Of a DNA stretch of 64,000 nt, positions 25,797-36,835 are shown piece by piece. Origin of the DNA: Eutreptiella sp. 'Long Island Sound 2002' (taxonomy: Eukaryota; Protista; Euglenida); contig OZ038378.1 of the NCBI GenBank assembly GCA_964036045.1, forward strand, positions 146,134,001-146,198,000. Direction: 5' to 3'. The notes beneath the pieces are model-generated. The model worked only from the letters and a program-made list of their open reading frames with translations. It had not been told where the DNA came from and ran no database searches. A program made the position numbers and the translations under genes. Each line of letters starts with the position of its first letter. Positions within the stretch are counted from its first letter, which is position 1.

Positions 25797-26149
25797 TTTC
25801 TGCCCCTGGGGATATTCATCTGCTTGACCTGATTTTCATACCAGTCCCTTTTGTGCTCCCACCACCATTTGAGGGCATGTCTGATGTGGTGCTGCCAGTC
25901 AAGGCTACGGCAGTGTATACCACGCAGGCGTACACCGCAAGGTGCTGGGGTGACTGGCAGCACTTTCCCAAACTTTCTTCGTTCGATGGCATTTGGGATG
26001 CCAACTGCCGGCGGTTGACCAGGAATGTCAGTTGACCGTCAAATACCAGCAATCGCAGTTAACCACCAATCACCAAACTTGAGACTTCCCCTAAAAAGCA
26101 GGGTGGTCCTTAACAGAAAAAAAGTGTTTCGCTACGCCGGGACTGAAGA

Positions 26150-26250
26150 GAGGTCCCCTAACCCTAACCCTAAACCTAACCCTCATCAAGATTGAATATT
26201 GGAACCGAGCTGGTGGGGAAGTGATTGGCAGATAAGGGGTTGAAAAAAAG
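26150..26250 (+). repeat. (CCCTAA)3-4 interstitial telomeric repeat plus conserved motif
   Basis: CCCCTAACCCTAACCCTAAACCTAACCCTCATCAAGATTGAATATTGG. Confidence 0.8.
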
Positions 26251-26805
26251 TGTATGACATTCTCATGGTCTCCAATGCTAGATTTGAAAAACATTCTGTA
26301 GTTTCTTTTTTTTTTTACTTCCGGCGCCACATAAGTTCGAAGTTCAAAGTCTCGCTATGAACAAAGGAGAGGCACTCATAGGCAGGTTGCCTAGCATCAG
26401 TCTAGCCGTAGTAACTATAGCCACAGGCTTCGTGCAGGTTATGCACGTCCATCAAGGACGCCTGTGGGGACAAGTTATCCCACAAGTCGGCTGACAGTGG
26501 TGTGCAGATGTGCTCTGCCACGGGCAGTGTCTGCCCAGTCCGATGTGTGAAGTGTGGTGTTTCAAGCGCGTTGGTTTTCGAGCCACAAGTCACGTGCGGC
26601 GGGCCCTGGGAGACCCAGTCAGCTGAATCTCCCACGGGTCCGTCGGATCAGGGTCCCCAGTAAGCTGGATGTAGTCCGGGGTGTCGGAGTGGTGTGTCCT
26701 ATACCGCTTGAAACGCCGACCCGGTGACAAGTTGACTGCACTCGCAGGCCTCTTTTTCTGTTCCCGGACAAGGCTCCACCGCTCTGCAATTTCCTCCAAC
26801 CAGGC

Positions 26806-27837
26806 CTAGTGTTCCATCAGCCACCGGCTCATACAGGCCCGCACCTCTTCCAGTGACTCTTGCCGCCATTGTTTCATGGATCTATGTTGGCTGGTGCGGG
26901 CAAGTTGCAAGGTATCGCACATGGCCTCGGTCAAGCACGTGTCCCTGTCCCCCAGCTTATGGGTCACCATAGCAGCCCATGTGCAGAACTTCTGGTAGGC
27001 CAGCTGCTGGTGGCTAATGTTGGCCCGGGCAACCGTGGCCGAGTGGGCGAGCGCAGAGCGCAGCGCGAGTTCCAACACGTCCGTATGCCGCAGGGCCCAT
27101 GTGGTTAGGCGGCGTAGGTTGGACAGTGTGCCCAACAGGACACGCTGACGCGCACGGTGCGCCGCGTAGAGCGTCACGCGGACACTATGGTGGAACCAGA
27201 GCCGCGTGCGCTGGGCGGACACGGCGAGCACCCTCGCGCAGGTGTCCACGTGGGCGGCCCACGTCACTGCCACCCTGACAGTAACCTGTCGTTGCGCCAG
27301 GATTCCCCTAACGGTTCCCCTGATCAGTGATTGGGCCGTCTGCATCAGATTGTTGGCCGCCATGTAGGTTGCCCCTGTCACCGGTCGCCACTGTTTTGCG
27401 GGGGTCACAGACGGTGTTAAGTGCATGCCTGTGTCGAGGAAAGTCTCCGCACAAGTGAGTCCGTCCCCTGTCAGCACCGGTAGAGCCTTGATTATCATGC
27501 ATGCCCTTGGGACGGTGTATGGTTGACGCAGGAGTTTCGCCACCGTGCGTTTGGTTTCCAGCCTGTGGTCCCTTTGGGTTTTGCAGAGTTCTCTTGGTTG
27601 CCAGCCGCAGAGCGTTTTCGGGGGTTGTAGTTCTGTAGTTTCACAAACAATGGCGGTTCTCAATGGGATCGCGGTGAAGCAAAAGCCAACACACTCAGCA
27701 ATACAAAGACTAAGGGGGAGAGCTAAATGAAAAACACGCAAAACAAGAGACAATTCCAACATTGCCACTAGCTGGGTGACTTTACACTCCTGCCCTACTC
27801 TACGCATGCGAACTGCAAGATAGTTGATGGACATCAT
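26806..27837 (-). CDS. 343-codon intronless ORF of unknown function, probably element-derived; N-terminal hydrophobic segment duplicated at ~27970-28020
   Basis: Long open frame. The FCFTAIP segment recurs in ORF 27850-28254. No recognisable domain. Confidence 0.35.
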   Translation of the reverse strand: MMSINYLAVRMRRVGQECKVTQLVAMLELSLVLRVFHLALPLSLCIAECVGFCFTAIPLRTAIVCETTELQPPKTLCGWQPRELCKTQRDHRLETKRTVAKLLRQPYTVPRACMIIKALPVLTGDGLTCAETFLDTGMHLTPSVTPAKQWRPVTGATYMAANNLMQTAQSLIRGTVRGILAQRQVTVRVAVTWAAHVDTCARVLAVSAQRTRLWFHHSVRVTLYAAHRARQRVLLGTLSNLRRLTTWALRHTDVLELALRSALAHSATVARANISHQQLAYQKFCTWAAMVTHKLGDRDTCLTEAMCDTLQLARTSQHRSMKQWRQESLEEVRACMSRWLMEH

Positions 27838-28479
27838 TAACTTGATTGTTTAAGTCCAGTGTCGCTTGCACGGCTCTACCTTGGACAAGCATGGCAATAT
27901 TGAGAGTTCTTGACTTGGAGCGGGAATGTGGTGAAGTGGATAGCAACACCAAATATAAATGGTAACGAATGGGATTGCGGTGAAGCAAAAGCCAAATACC
28001 AAAGCCACACCAATGCGAATGCTATGCACATGCATGTGCTTGGAGGATTGTAAACAATACAACACTTTCGCGAGGGTCCTAGTGTAGAGCTCATATGCCG
28101 CCAGCAGCTTCCACCATACTCGGGTGTCCATCACTGTCAGCACGATTTGCTGTATAGCATGGTGCAAGCGCGGTACCCACCCATGGCTCCGGTTGATCTT
28201 GTCCCACTCTTTGTTTGCCAAGTCGTGTACCTGCTTGATCATGGGAGCACCCAACTCTCAAGGCTAGAGGCTATGGCGGTTGAATCATCTAAGTCTCCAG
28301 AGCCACCGGTCCCTTTGCTTGCATCAATGGAAGGTACCACCGTTTGCCTTGAAATACACTTGCAACCCCCCCCCCCCCCCGCGGAGACCGTCACTTGGCG
28401 ACCGTCTCCCCCCCCCACCCGGGACACCGTCGCACACTAACTTGGGAGATTGCAAGGGGGTTGGGGGGTACAAAGTGTG

Positions 28480-29490
28480 CTAGAAGGTGCTATTTTGCAG
28501 CATGGATGTAGTACAAATGACACATGGTTGTTTGACTCGTGAAGGAGGTGTGAAGGCAAATGTGGATAGCTCGGTCACCCCATGATGTCCAGCATGGATG
28601 ATTGTTTCACCTTTGGAAAGTGCAAGTTGTGCTAGCATGATGCATTGAATACACGGGTTCTCCAAGTAGGGCTTAATATTACCAATGACGATCAAGGCGC
28701 TGCAGCTTCGCGACAAAGCAACGTATTGACGTTGCAAATTGTCAAAGATACCAACGGAAGAAGCTGCTAGGGTAAGAATGATAACATCACCCCGGTAGAC
28801 TTGGAACTTCCCAACGGTGGTAACATTGTTGACAAGTGGATGTGACTCGAACAGAACAAAATTTAGGCAGGTTTGCCCGTAGTGGTTAGGCAAGGGGAGG
28901 GCAGAGTGTGACTTCCAATCCCTTCGCATGCCATCCGATAGAATGTCTGCCACGGCTTTGGTCTCAGTAAAACTATAAGGTGAGGACACCACCAGAGGAT
29001 AGAATTGCTAGCGCAAAGTTCATTATACTCTAGCTGAGGTTTGGGGACGTAATAGTGTCAATGACGAGCACCATTTGGTTGTTCAGAAGTAGGAACGAGG
29101 GGTTTTCACCGGGGGAATTAGTTCTATGACCAACCATTGAGCCGTGAAAAAGATCATTAGTATTTGTGCTAGGGATTGATTCATACAGGTGTTGAAGCAT
29201 ATTGTCGCCAATGATTTGTGTCTTTAATGGACAAATGCTTGTTGATGGCAGTGAATGAATCCAATTGCTTGTTGTCTCCTACAAGGGTAATGGCTCGTCC
29301 TAGACTGAAACATGCAATATCCATTGCAACATTGCAGCGGCTACTCTCTTCTATAATGACGTGCTCAAAGTGAAGGGGTAAAGTGGGGTGTCATGCCAGG
29401 ACCCATCGGTTGTGAAAGAAATGCAATAGCAACAGTGCAAGATTGTAAGTAGACTTTCCATTGCCTGCAGGTTCATCAATTGCACAGATT
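28480..29490 (-). pseudogene. Decayed SF1 (UPF1/DNA2-like) helicase
   Basis: Motifs in order: AIDEPAGNGKST (Walker A), FEHVIIEES (Walker B), ITLVGDNKQL (III), TTVGKFQVYRGDVIIL (V), RQYVALSRSCSALIVIGN (VI). In-frame stops present. Confidence 0.85.
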
Positions 29491-30824
29491 TGCGTGGAGG
29501 AAGTGTCTCTAACGCAATGTGTTGGGATGCCTCCAATGAAAAATGCTCGCTTCTGGAGAATAATGCACAATTATCATAAGCATTGATTGCCAGATTTTAG
29601 TTTCCGCGAGAAACAAATCAAAGGCACCATGTGCACATTGCAATTGTAAAGCATCGCCAAGCCATTGAGATGGATTAAAGTATGGAGAAACTTCTAAATC
29701 GTAGTAACCCTACGCAAGAGTGTCTTGCACTGTGACCTCAAGAACATCATCATGACTTTCCATGACCGCACCTTCCCATTGGCATACACCATCACGCAAT
29801 AGGATTGTGGCTCCGGGTACAAACTCAAAGTGTCCCAAAGCGGTAAGAAATCATGAGGATGAAGGGGATCACTTGCAATGTAATTCCATGCTGTCAACAC
29901 CGTTCCATGCCCTACTAGCACCACCAACATGCATGGCACACATGCTAGGGTGGGGTTAAGGGGCTCACATGTGGGTCCAAAAATGGTCAAAAATGAAATT
30001 TTCCAAAATTGTTCCCAGACCACTCGAGGTGCTCAAAAAAGTGGTTTAAGGCTACTTGGAGCCTTAGTTGCCCCATATTGGCCCATGCAAGTTCCCCAAA
30101 ACCTTTGAAATGGGCAATTTTAGGACCAACAATGTGTACAAAGGGGGGGGACAGGGGGGGGGGGGGGGGTGCTTTGTTTGAATGCCATGGTTTGTGTTGG
30201 GCACCCTTGTGGTGATAAATAGTGATGACGGGGATTACTTGAAAGCTAATTCCGTGCAAACAACACCCTTTAATGCCCCATTGGAGTGGTGCAGCATGCA
30301 CAGTGCACGTGCTAGGGTAGGGGGGTCCAAAAGTGGGCAACAATCATTTTTTCCAAAGGTGTTCCTAGACCTATTGGGGTGTTCAAACAAGTGGTTAAGC
30401 GCTACTTTGAGCCATCTGGGACCCACATGAGCCCGAGAAAGCTCCAAAAACGCCGTAAAATCAACAATTTTGGGACTAATGGTGAAGCACACGAGGGTCT
30501 GTGGGGAATGCGGGTGGAGGGTTGATAGGTGAGGAGTGCGGGAGTGCTAGGTGGCATGTCTCTTTAGCAAACGGAGCCATTTTGGACCATGTGAGCACAT
30601 GCAAGCTCCAGAGAAGCCTAGAAATGGGCAATTTTGGGACCAACAACGCAGCTAGGGGCGGGTCCGGGGGGAAAATGGCAGGAAGGGTGATAGGGGAGGG
30701 GTGCGGGAGGAGTGTTGGGGGGATGTCTCTCAAGCGAGCGAAGCAAGCGAGGAAGAGTTTTTGAGGGTGGCATAATGGTCAAAGTGGCAGGGGTCGTTTT
30801 TGGTGTTCCTCAACATGCATCCTT

Positions 30825-30940
30825 ATTCAGCCCCGTAGCTGATATTCCCTCACCCCCCAGCTCAGTCCCAATATTCAGTCTTGATTAGGGTCAGGGTTAG
30901 ACCTCACCCTAGCTCGACCCCTAGCCTAATCCTAGCCTAG
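30825..30940 (-). repeat. Inverted copy of the telomere-like-repeat-capped motif
   Basis: rc reads CTAACCCTGACCCTAATCAAGACTGAATATTGGGACTGAGCTGG. Confidence 0.75.
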
Positions 30941-32408
30941 GCAGCGATGGGCGGTCCTTAGGGATAAGAAAACTGGTTCCCTAAGGATTGTGTTGCTTAA
31001 AGTAAAGAATTCAATTCATCAATTATTTTTTGGTCTAGACCAAGATGAGCTAGCATATACTGCTCACCATATGGTACTCAAGACAACCTCTCGGAATCAA
31101 GGTCCAAAGCTGACCAGTTCTATGATGATCCACAAATGACTGTGGTAGCAAATCTCACAGGTAGTGAGGACTAGCTGAGTCCTAACCCAGGTTATGCAGT
31201 GGGAGACTGCTACACCCGTAGGATTCCCGCTGTGCATGAGGCACAAAGATTTTCACTTCATCAATGTTAGACAAAGGGGGGGGGGGGGCAGAAAATTGTG
31301 TCCCTTGTGGAGACACCTGTGTGGCAGCACGACTATGCTACAGTATAGGAGTAGGATGAGATGTATGGGCCCTGACCATGCTTGCTGTTTTAGATCTCTG
31401 GGGGATTCTTGAGTGCAGCGCAGCTTTGTTGGGTGGCCATGTTGCGGGGTTTTCACTGCTGCTCAGCGCCCCTAAGTCTGAATTGTGGCATCACTCAGTT
31501 TGTGCATGCAGTGCAGAGTGGCTGCAGCAGGAGCCTGTCCTCATTCAAGCATTCTGCAGTAACACAATGTTAAGGCCCTTGTAGATTCCTGCTGCCTCAA
31601 ACAGCATTGAAAATTCAAACCAGTCCACACATGCTCGTCCACTGGTTCACCCCTCAGGTTCTCATGGGTAAGTCAGCTGAACAAGCAGAATGCTCTTCAA
31701 GGCAGCCCACAAGCAGCTCCTTTGCAGCAAGGTCTCTTGCATAAAGCACGTGTCACAGAAGAGGCATGGCACAGAATATCAGATTGGTTGATATCCGTCT
31801 TGTAGCATGTAAGACCCAATACACAAGCAGACATCATGCCCTAGCATCCCGAATGCCCAGAAATGCCAGCACATGCACAACAATTAAAACGGAGGTCCGG
31901 GGGTGCCCCCGACAATCCCAAAGGCACATGCGTTGAAAATGTCATCTCAATGACTGGGAGGATGCATTGTGTTTGAGGTTGACGATGGGTTGTGTTCTTT
32001 TTTGCAGCCCAGAAAGAGCCGCCAGGAACGTGACTCTGTGGGGCTGCCAATTTTGCAACATGATGGATTGAGCAAAGTAATACTTGACAGCTGCGAACTG
32101 GCGGTGGTTGGCCGGTCACAAATGACAATTTTGCAGGGGCTCAGTGTAGTTTCAAGTGTTCACCTGGGCGTTGCACACACGCTTCTTTCGTGCCGGTACG
32201 GGCCTGGGGCACTGGTCAGCACCCTCTGGAATCACCCAATGTACCTGCGGCTCACTGGTGGCTAAGTGGAAATGTGAAGTTGGGGCTCATTTGGGGCTCA
32301 GTTGTGCATTGCGATGTCTTTGTGCTTGTTTGTTGTGCGTTTTGCATGCTAGGTAATGTGCATTTAATGTTTTTAGAAGTTTTAGATACTCACTTGGTCA
32401 AGGTTCAA

Positions 32409-32582
32409 GGGGGGGGTACTTTTTTTGGCGACGGCTCGGTTGACTGAGCGCCCGACTGAGCCGTCACTGAGCCGTCACTGAGCCGGCTCACTGGGCGCTC
32501 AGTGAGCGCTCAGTGAGCGCGCCAAATGGCTCAGCGAGCGCTCAGTGAGCGCTCAGTGAGAGCTAATTGGGGGCTCACTCAG
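32409..32582 (+). repeat. Left TIR (~174 bp) composed of CACTGAGC/GCTCAGTG palindromic units
   Basis: Aligns over nearly its full length to the reverse complement of 39887-40070. Confidence 0.95.
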
Positions 32583-32654
32583 AGGGTTCCCCCCCCTTTC
32601 CGCCTCTCCTCCGCCCCCCTATCCGCCTACCCATCCATTCCTTCTCGCTCCCAT

Positions 32655-32656
32655 AG
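32655..32656 (+). promoter_or_regulatory. Candidate (trans- or cis-) splice acceptor AG 18 nt upstream of the ORF1 ATG
   Basis: Polypyrimidine tract CCATCCATTCCTTCTCGCTCCCATAG|GTCCT. Confidence 0.4.
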
Positions 32657-32673
32657 GTCCTCTCTTTCACACC

Positions 32674-34560
32674 ATGTCTAATGTTGTCCCAGGCCTGGAA
32701 CCGGCAGCTTCAAAGGCTCTCGCGTCTTTCCTTAGTCGCCCCCGGGTACCTACCGCTTTCACAGAGGCAGCGTACCCGGGGGTGCCTTCGACGGACCTAG
32801 AGCCCTTGAAGCTGTGGGCCCAGCAGCTCCCTGCCCCTTCCCCAGAAGTGGTCCACATCAACGTGTCCGATGTGACCCTTCTTGGAAAGAGCTGGATGCA
32901 CCGGTGCAACCAAATGTTGCGCCAGGTGCATCCAGCTCTTCGTGCCGTACGCTTCCGCTTTCCTGTGGCTGCTGTCCAAGATTTGGTGCAGCAGTCCTCA
33001 GGAAAGCTGATCGGTACCCCCCACGAGTTCGGGACACGGGTTCATGACACCAAAGATCTCCAACACGGTTGGACTTCAGATCTTGGTGTCAGCCACGTGG
33101 CACCCAAGAAGGGACTCCTTGAGCCCCTGCCTTTCGGGGTCGGGGTGGTGTCAGGGGAATGGTGGGAAAGCCTTTCGGCTTGTCCCATCATTCCTGAGTG
33201 GTGCCATGTGGTGCCCGACTACACCACCCCAGCCCTGTACAGGACCAAGGAGCCCGTGTTCCTCCGCGGTGCCGCCTCCCCTCCCCCCTACATCTCCCTG
33301 GCTGCCCCGGTGTTCTCACATGAACTCCCGGCTCATGACCTTGAGTCGGATGAGTCCTTGTGCGACTTGGGGCTCCGGGTGGTTAGGGGGGCGGTAGAGG
33401 CCAAGGAGTGCGAGAACTGGTACCGCATTCTCGTCGACTCCTGCGGCACCCAGCCGGATGCAATTTGGGATCTGCTGTCCAATGCACACTCTCGCGAGGA
33501 GTGCTTGGCTGATCCCAAACTGCCACGGCGCTGGGGTACTCGGCCCGGCAAGCTTATCTCTGTGTTGGGAAGGGACCCCTTGCAACGGGCTAGTCAGCAG
33601 TGCAGTGCTCGCTGGCCCGAGATGAGGGGTCTCTTCCCAACGCAGTGGTCGGCAATTGCCGCCGGGGAAGATGCTAGGGAGCAGACCTGGCATACTGACG
33701 TTGATAAGTTGCCAGGTACGCTCCCTAGCATGGGTGAGCTGCCCGACCATCTCTCAATGATGCTTGTCCTCTCGGACAAGTATCATTTAGAGGTGCACTT
33801 GGGCAGCCACCTGGGTGACCATGACGCTCTGCGGGTCGAGACCTTCGAGTTTCAGCGTGGGGACATGGTTCTCTTTGCCTCCACGCTGAGACATCGGAGT
33901 CTCGCCGCGCTGCCGGGGGTGGGGAAGCAGGTCGTTCTCTTCCGCTTCCTCACCCCCGACGAGCGTCACAAGTGGGTGGACGTGGACGGTTCATCCTTGA
34001 CCCTCTGCCAGGGGCCAAGGATGAGCTGGCTTCACGGCCACGGGGAGACGGGCCGCTGCCCAACCCCAGGGCTATCAGCCACTGGGGGCAGTACTTCGCC
34101 TTCGGCGAGGGACTGCAGGGCGCGGTCGGTCTGCCGCGGTTTGAGCAGCTGGACGACTGGCTGGCCCCGTGGGCCCGTCAGGCCCCGGCTGCCCATACCA
34201 CCCGCTGCTGCTGGCCAGGCCTGCCCTGGACGCCGCCGACCCCATGTGCCACGTGTACGTGGAGGAAGGCGACGTCCTGTGGACAAGCGTGCCATCATGG
34301 CTCGACCTGGGTAACAGTGGACCCGGGGAGGCCGCCATGCTGCAGCAGTATTGGGCCCCCTGCTCCCGCCCCATCTCCGCACAGCAGGCTTTGCTGCTCG
34401 GCTTCTCGTGGCATCGCGGGCCGGAGAAGCGGTGTACAAGGAGCGATGCAGGCGCCGAGGTCCCGCTTTTGATGCGCTGCATCTGCAGCGGCAAGGTGTT
34501 ACTCCCTTCTTCCCCTGCCCTGCAGGATTCACACCGGGGTGTTGGGGGGAATATTGGTAG
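32674..34560 (+). CDS. ORF1: 2OG-Fe(II)-dependent dioxygenase (DSBH; PhyH-like features), 3' part frameshifted
   Basis: DLGLRVVRGAV, QTWHTD (HxD), LEVHLGSH, FEFQRGDMVLFASTLRH (distal His). Codon-like sequence shifts frame at ~33985 and ~34190, possibly again at ~34420. Confidence 0.75.
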
Positions 34561-34890
34561 GGGGCGCGACAAGGTGGTGGTGGGGTGCACCAGGGTGTTT
34601 GGAAAGGTGGGTCTGGGGCTGTGGGCCTGTGGGGCTGTGGGCTGGCAGGGGGTTCTCTGTGTGCCCCACGAGCGGGCTTAACATGTGCACAGGGTGCCCC
34701 ACGAGTGGGCTTAACATGTGCAGAGGCTGGCCAGCGCGTGGGCCTCCTGCACAGGCCGTGCCAGTCTGCTGCTGGCCTTTACGGGGCCTGTATGGGAGCC
34801 TGTACGGGCCCTGTGTGTGGCCTGCATGGGGCTGTGCTCAGGCGGCTCTAGCATCCTGCCGCCAGTTGCAGTTGCCAGTCTGGAGGTGCA

Positions 34891-35086
34891 ACTGAGACCT
34901 GACTGAGCCGTCTGGTGCGCTCAGTGAGCGCTCACTGAGCCATTTGGCGCGCTCACTAAGCGCTCACTGAGCCATTTGGCGCGCTCACTGAGCGCTCACT
35001 GAGGGCTCACTGAGCGCGCCAAATGGCTCAGTGAGCGCTCAGTGAGCCCAATTAGCTCTCACTGACGGCTCAGTGAGCTCTCAGTG
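34891..35086. repeat. Internal array 1 of TIR-type CACTGAG/CTCAGTG units, between ORF1 and ORF2
   Basis: Same units as the TIR, including CCATTTGGCGCG and AATTAGCTCTC spacers. Confidence 0.95.
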
Positions 35087-35088
35087 GG

Positions 35089-35290
35089 GGGCGGCGCGAA
35101 CGTTACCCGGGCGCGAACGTTGACTCTGTGCTTTGCTGCTGTTTGCATCTTTATTTTTGGACCCCCCCCCCCCCCCCCCCCCCCCCCCCCACATTTGCAG
35201 GCTCAATTCCCCCTGCACGAGCCTTTGGTTGATGCAAACGGCAGCAAAACACAGAGTCAACGTTCGCGCCCGGGAACGTTCGCGCCGCCC
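35089..35290. repeat. ~61-bp near-perfect inverted repeat (35089-35149 and 35231-35290) with an 81-nt loop containing poly-C
   Basis: Arms differ by 2 substitutions and 1 indel. Confidence 0.9.
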
Positions 35291-35404
35291 ACCGAAGGTG
35301 CCAGCAGCTCCTCACGACCACCGCTACTGGCAACGCGACGGCAACTGCAACTGGTGTCAGCGACGTAGGAGCCGGTGCCAGGGGCATCGGGAGCGGAGCC
35401 CGCG

Positions 35405-36835
35405 ATGGTGACAGCCGCGGACGAGAGGGCAGCGGCGGTTGACAAGGCTCGGGGGCCGGTGGGCCCATCAATCGCCGACCTGGCCATCGGGTCCCCGGTC
35501 CCTTTTCCCCCGGTGCAGCCACCCCGGGCCAGTGATGTACGCGCGGGCTACTGGGGGCTGTACATTGCCCCGGTCAACAAGCAGCCCGCACCGGCGTACG
35601 TCCTCAACAGGACGGTGAACGTGAAGGGGGTACCGCGGCACTCCACCGAGAGGTGGTATTGGAGCGTCACCCTCAACGCGGTCACCGCCGCGCAGCAAAC
35701 GACGGCCACCCAGATGCACCTGCCGTGCAGGGTGACCCTGTCCGAGGATTGTGGGCTTGTGGCAGGGGAGGGGGGATTTTTTGTAGCCCGCTTTGCCTAC
35801 CGGCTGGGGTCCAAACACTGGTGCTTGGACCTAGCCGTGGGGTCGGAGGAGGGGGGGTTGCTGGCGCGCGCTGGCTCAATTGCTTTTAAGCAGGTGCTGT
35901 CATGGGATGTGCAGGGGGAGGGGTTTTTCTCGGAGGCTTGGCACGCCATGCGTGGCCACGTCTCCACCTTCCGTGCCAGCGCTCTGGGGGGGGACGTCAT
36001 CGACCCGGAGGTGGTCAGTGATGGGGAGGTGACGGATGGGGGGAAGAGTGATGGCGCCCGCAGTGATCGGAGTGCCCGCAGTGGGACCGCAAAAGGAAAA
36101 AAACGGGCAGCCAAGGACAGCAACCCCCCCGCCCCCCCCAAAAAGCTGGCGGGCAAGGGAAATGCAGCCGCACCTCAGAAGGCGGCTCTGGGGAGCCCCC
36201 TTCGTGAGCCTGGGTCACCGGGCACTGTGCCCATGATCGTGTACCGGGAGGCATGCCGTGACCGTGACCAGTTCCGCCAGAAGCGGGATGCTGCCCGTCT
36301 GGCAGCGGAAGCAGCCACCCGTCTCAAGGAGGAGCTGGACACGGTCAAGCGGCAGCGGGACGACCTGCAGGCCAAGCTCGTGGACGCTGAGCGCCAAGGG
36401 GCTGCCACTGAGGCACGCCTCGAGGTGCTGCAGCGGTCCAAGGGCTTGAAGCACATTGAATCTGGGCCGGGGGCTGCATCCCCCTCCCAGTCAGGGGTTC
36501 CGGTTGCACCCCCCGCCACCTACAGCGCGCAGTCCATGCAATTCCTGGCATCGGGACTGTTGGAGTACGCCCACTTGGCCACGCGGCTGATGGCCGACGC
36601 CAAGTCGTCGTGCCAGCAGCTGCAGACCATTGCGGGGCTGGCTCGAACAACCACGATGCCGGACCTGAGCGTGGACAGCCTGACGAAGGTTGAGGCGGAA
36701 GTGTCAACCCGCCTGCAGAACGCCGACCGCCGGTACCGGTCGGATGTGGTGGCGGCTGCTCAGCAGGCTGGCTGGGAGCCACACCCCGTGGTTGGCAGTC
36801 CGGGTTCTCTCCCTGGAACTGCGGCTCTGTGGTAG
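35405..36835 (+). CDS. ORF2: unknown protein with a beta-rich N-domain, basic linker and coiled coil
   Basis: Uninterrupted frame from ATG 35405 (476 aa). Heptad-like RDRDQFRQKRDAARLAAEAATRLKEELDTVKRQRDDLQAKL; KGKKRAAK is NLS-like. The same frame stays open upstream beyond a single TAG at 35366-35368. Confidence 0.75.
   Translation: MVTAADERAAAVDKARGPVGPSIADLAIGSPVPFPPVQPPRASDVRAGYWGLYIAPVNKQPAPAYVLNRTVNVKGVPRHSTERWYWSVTLNAVTAAQQTTATQMHLPCRVTLSEDCGLVAGEGGFFVARFAYRLGSKHWCLDLAVGSEEGGLLARAGSIAFKQVLSWDVQGEGFFSEAWHAMRGHVSTFRASALGGDVIDPEVVSDGEVTDGGKSDGARSDRSARSGTAKGKKRAAKDSNPPAPPKKLAGKGNAAAPQKAALGSPLREPGSPGTVPMIVYREACRDRDQFRQKRDAARLAAEAATRLKEELDTVKRQRDDLQAKLVDAERQGAATEARLEVLQRSKGLKHIESGPGAASPSQSGVPVAPPATYSAQSMQFLASGLLEYAHLATRLMADAKSSCQQLQTIAGLARTTTMPDLSVDSLTKVEAEVSTRLQNADRRYRSDVVAAAQQAGWEPHPVVGSPGSLPGTAALW

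Noticed and set aside
26150-26185. True chromosome end
   Set aside because: Only 3-4 degenerate units, internal, and part of a dispersed repeat.
32409-32582. CACTGAG arrays as CRISPR repeats or true RSS
   Set aside because: No spacers; no heptamer-12/23-nonamer arrangement; CACTGAG differs from CACAGTG.
33680-33960. Definite TET/JBP assignment of ORF1
   Set aside because: HxD...H is shared across 2OG dioxygenases, and several segments look PhyH-like; a profile search is needed.
32674-36835. RAG2-like partner gene
   Set aside because: No kelch-repeat or PHD pattern in ORF1 or ORF2.
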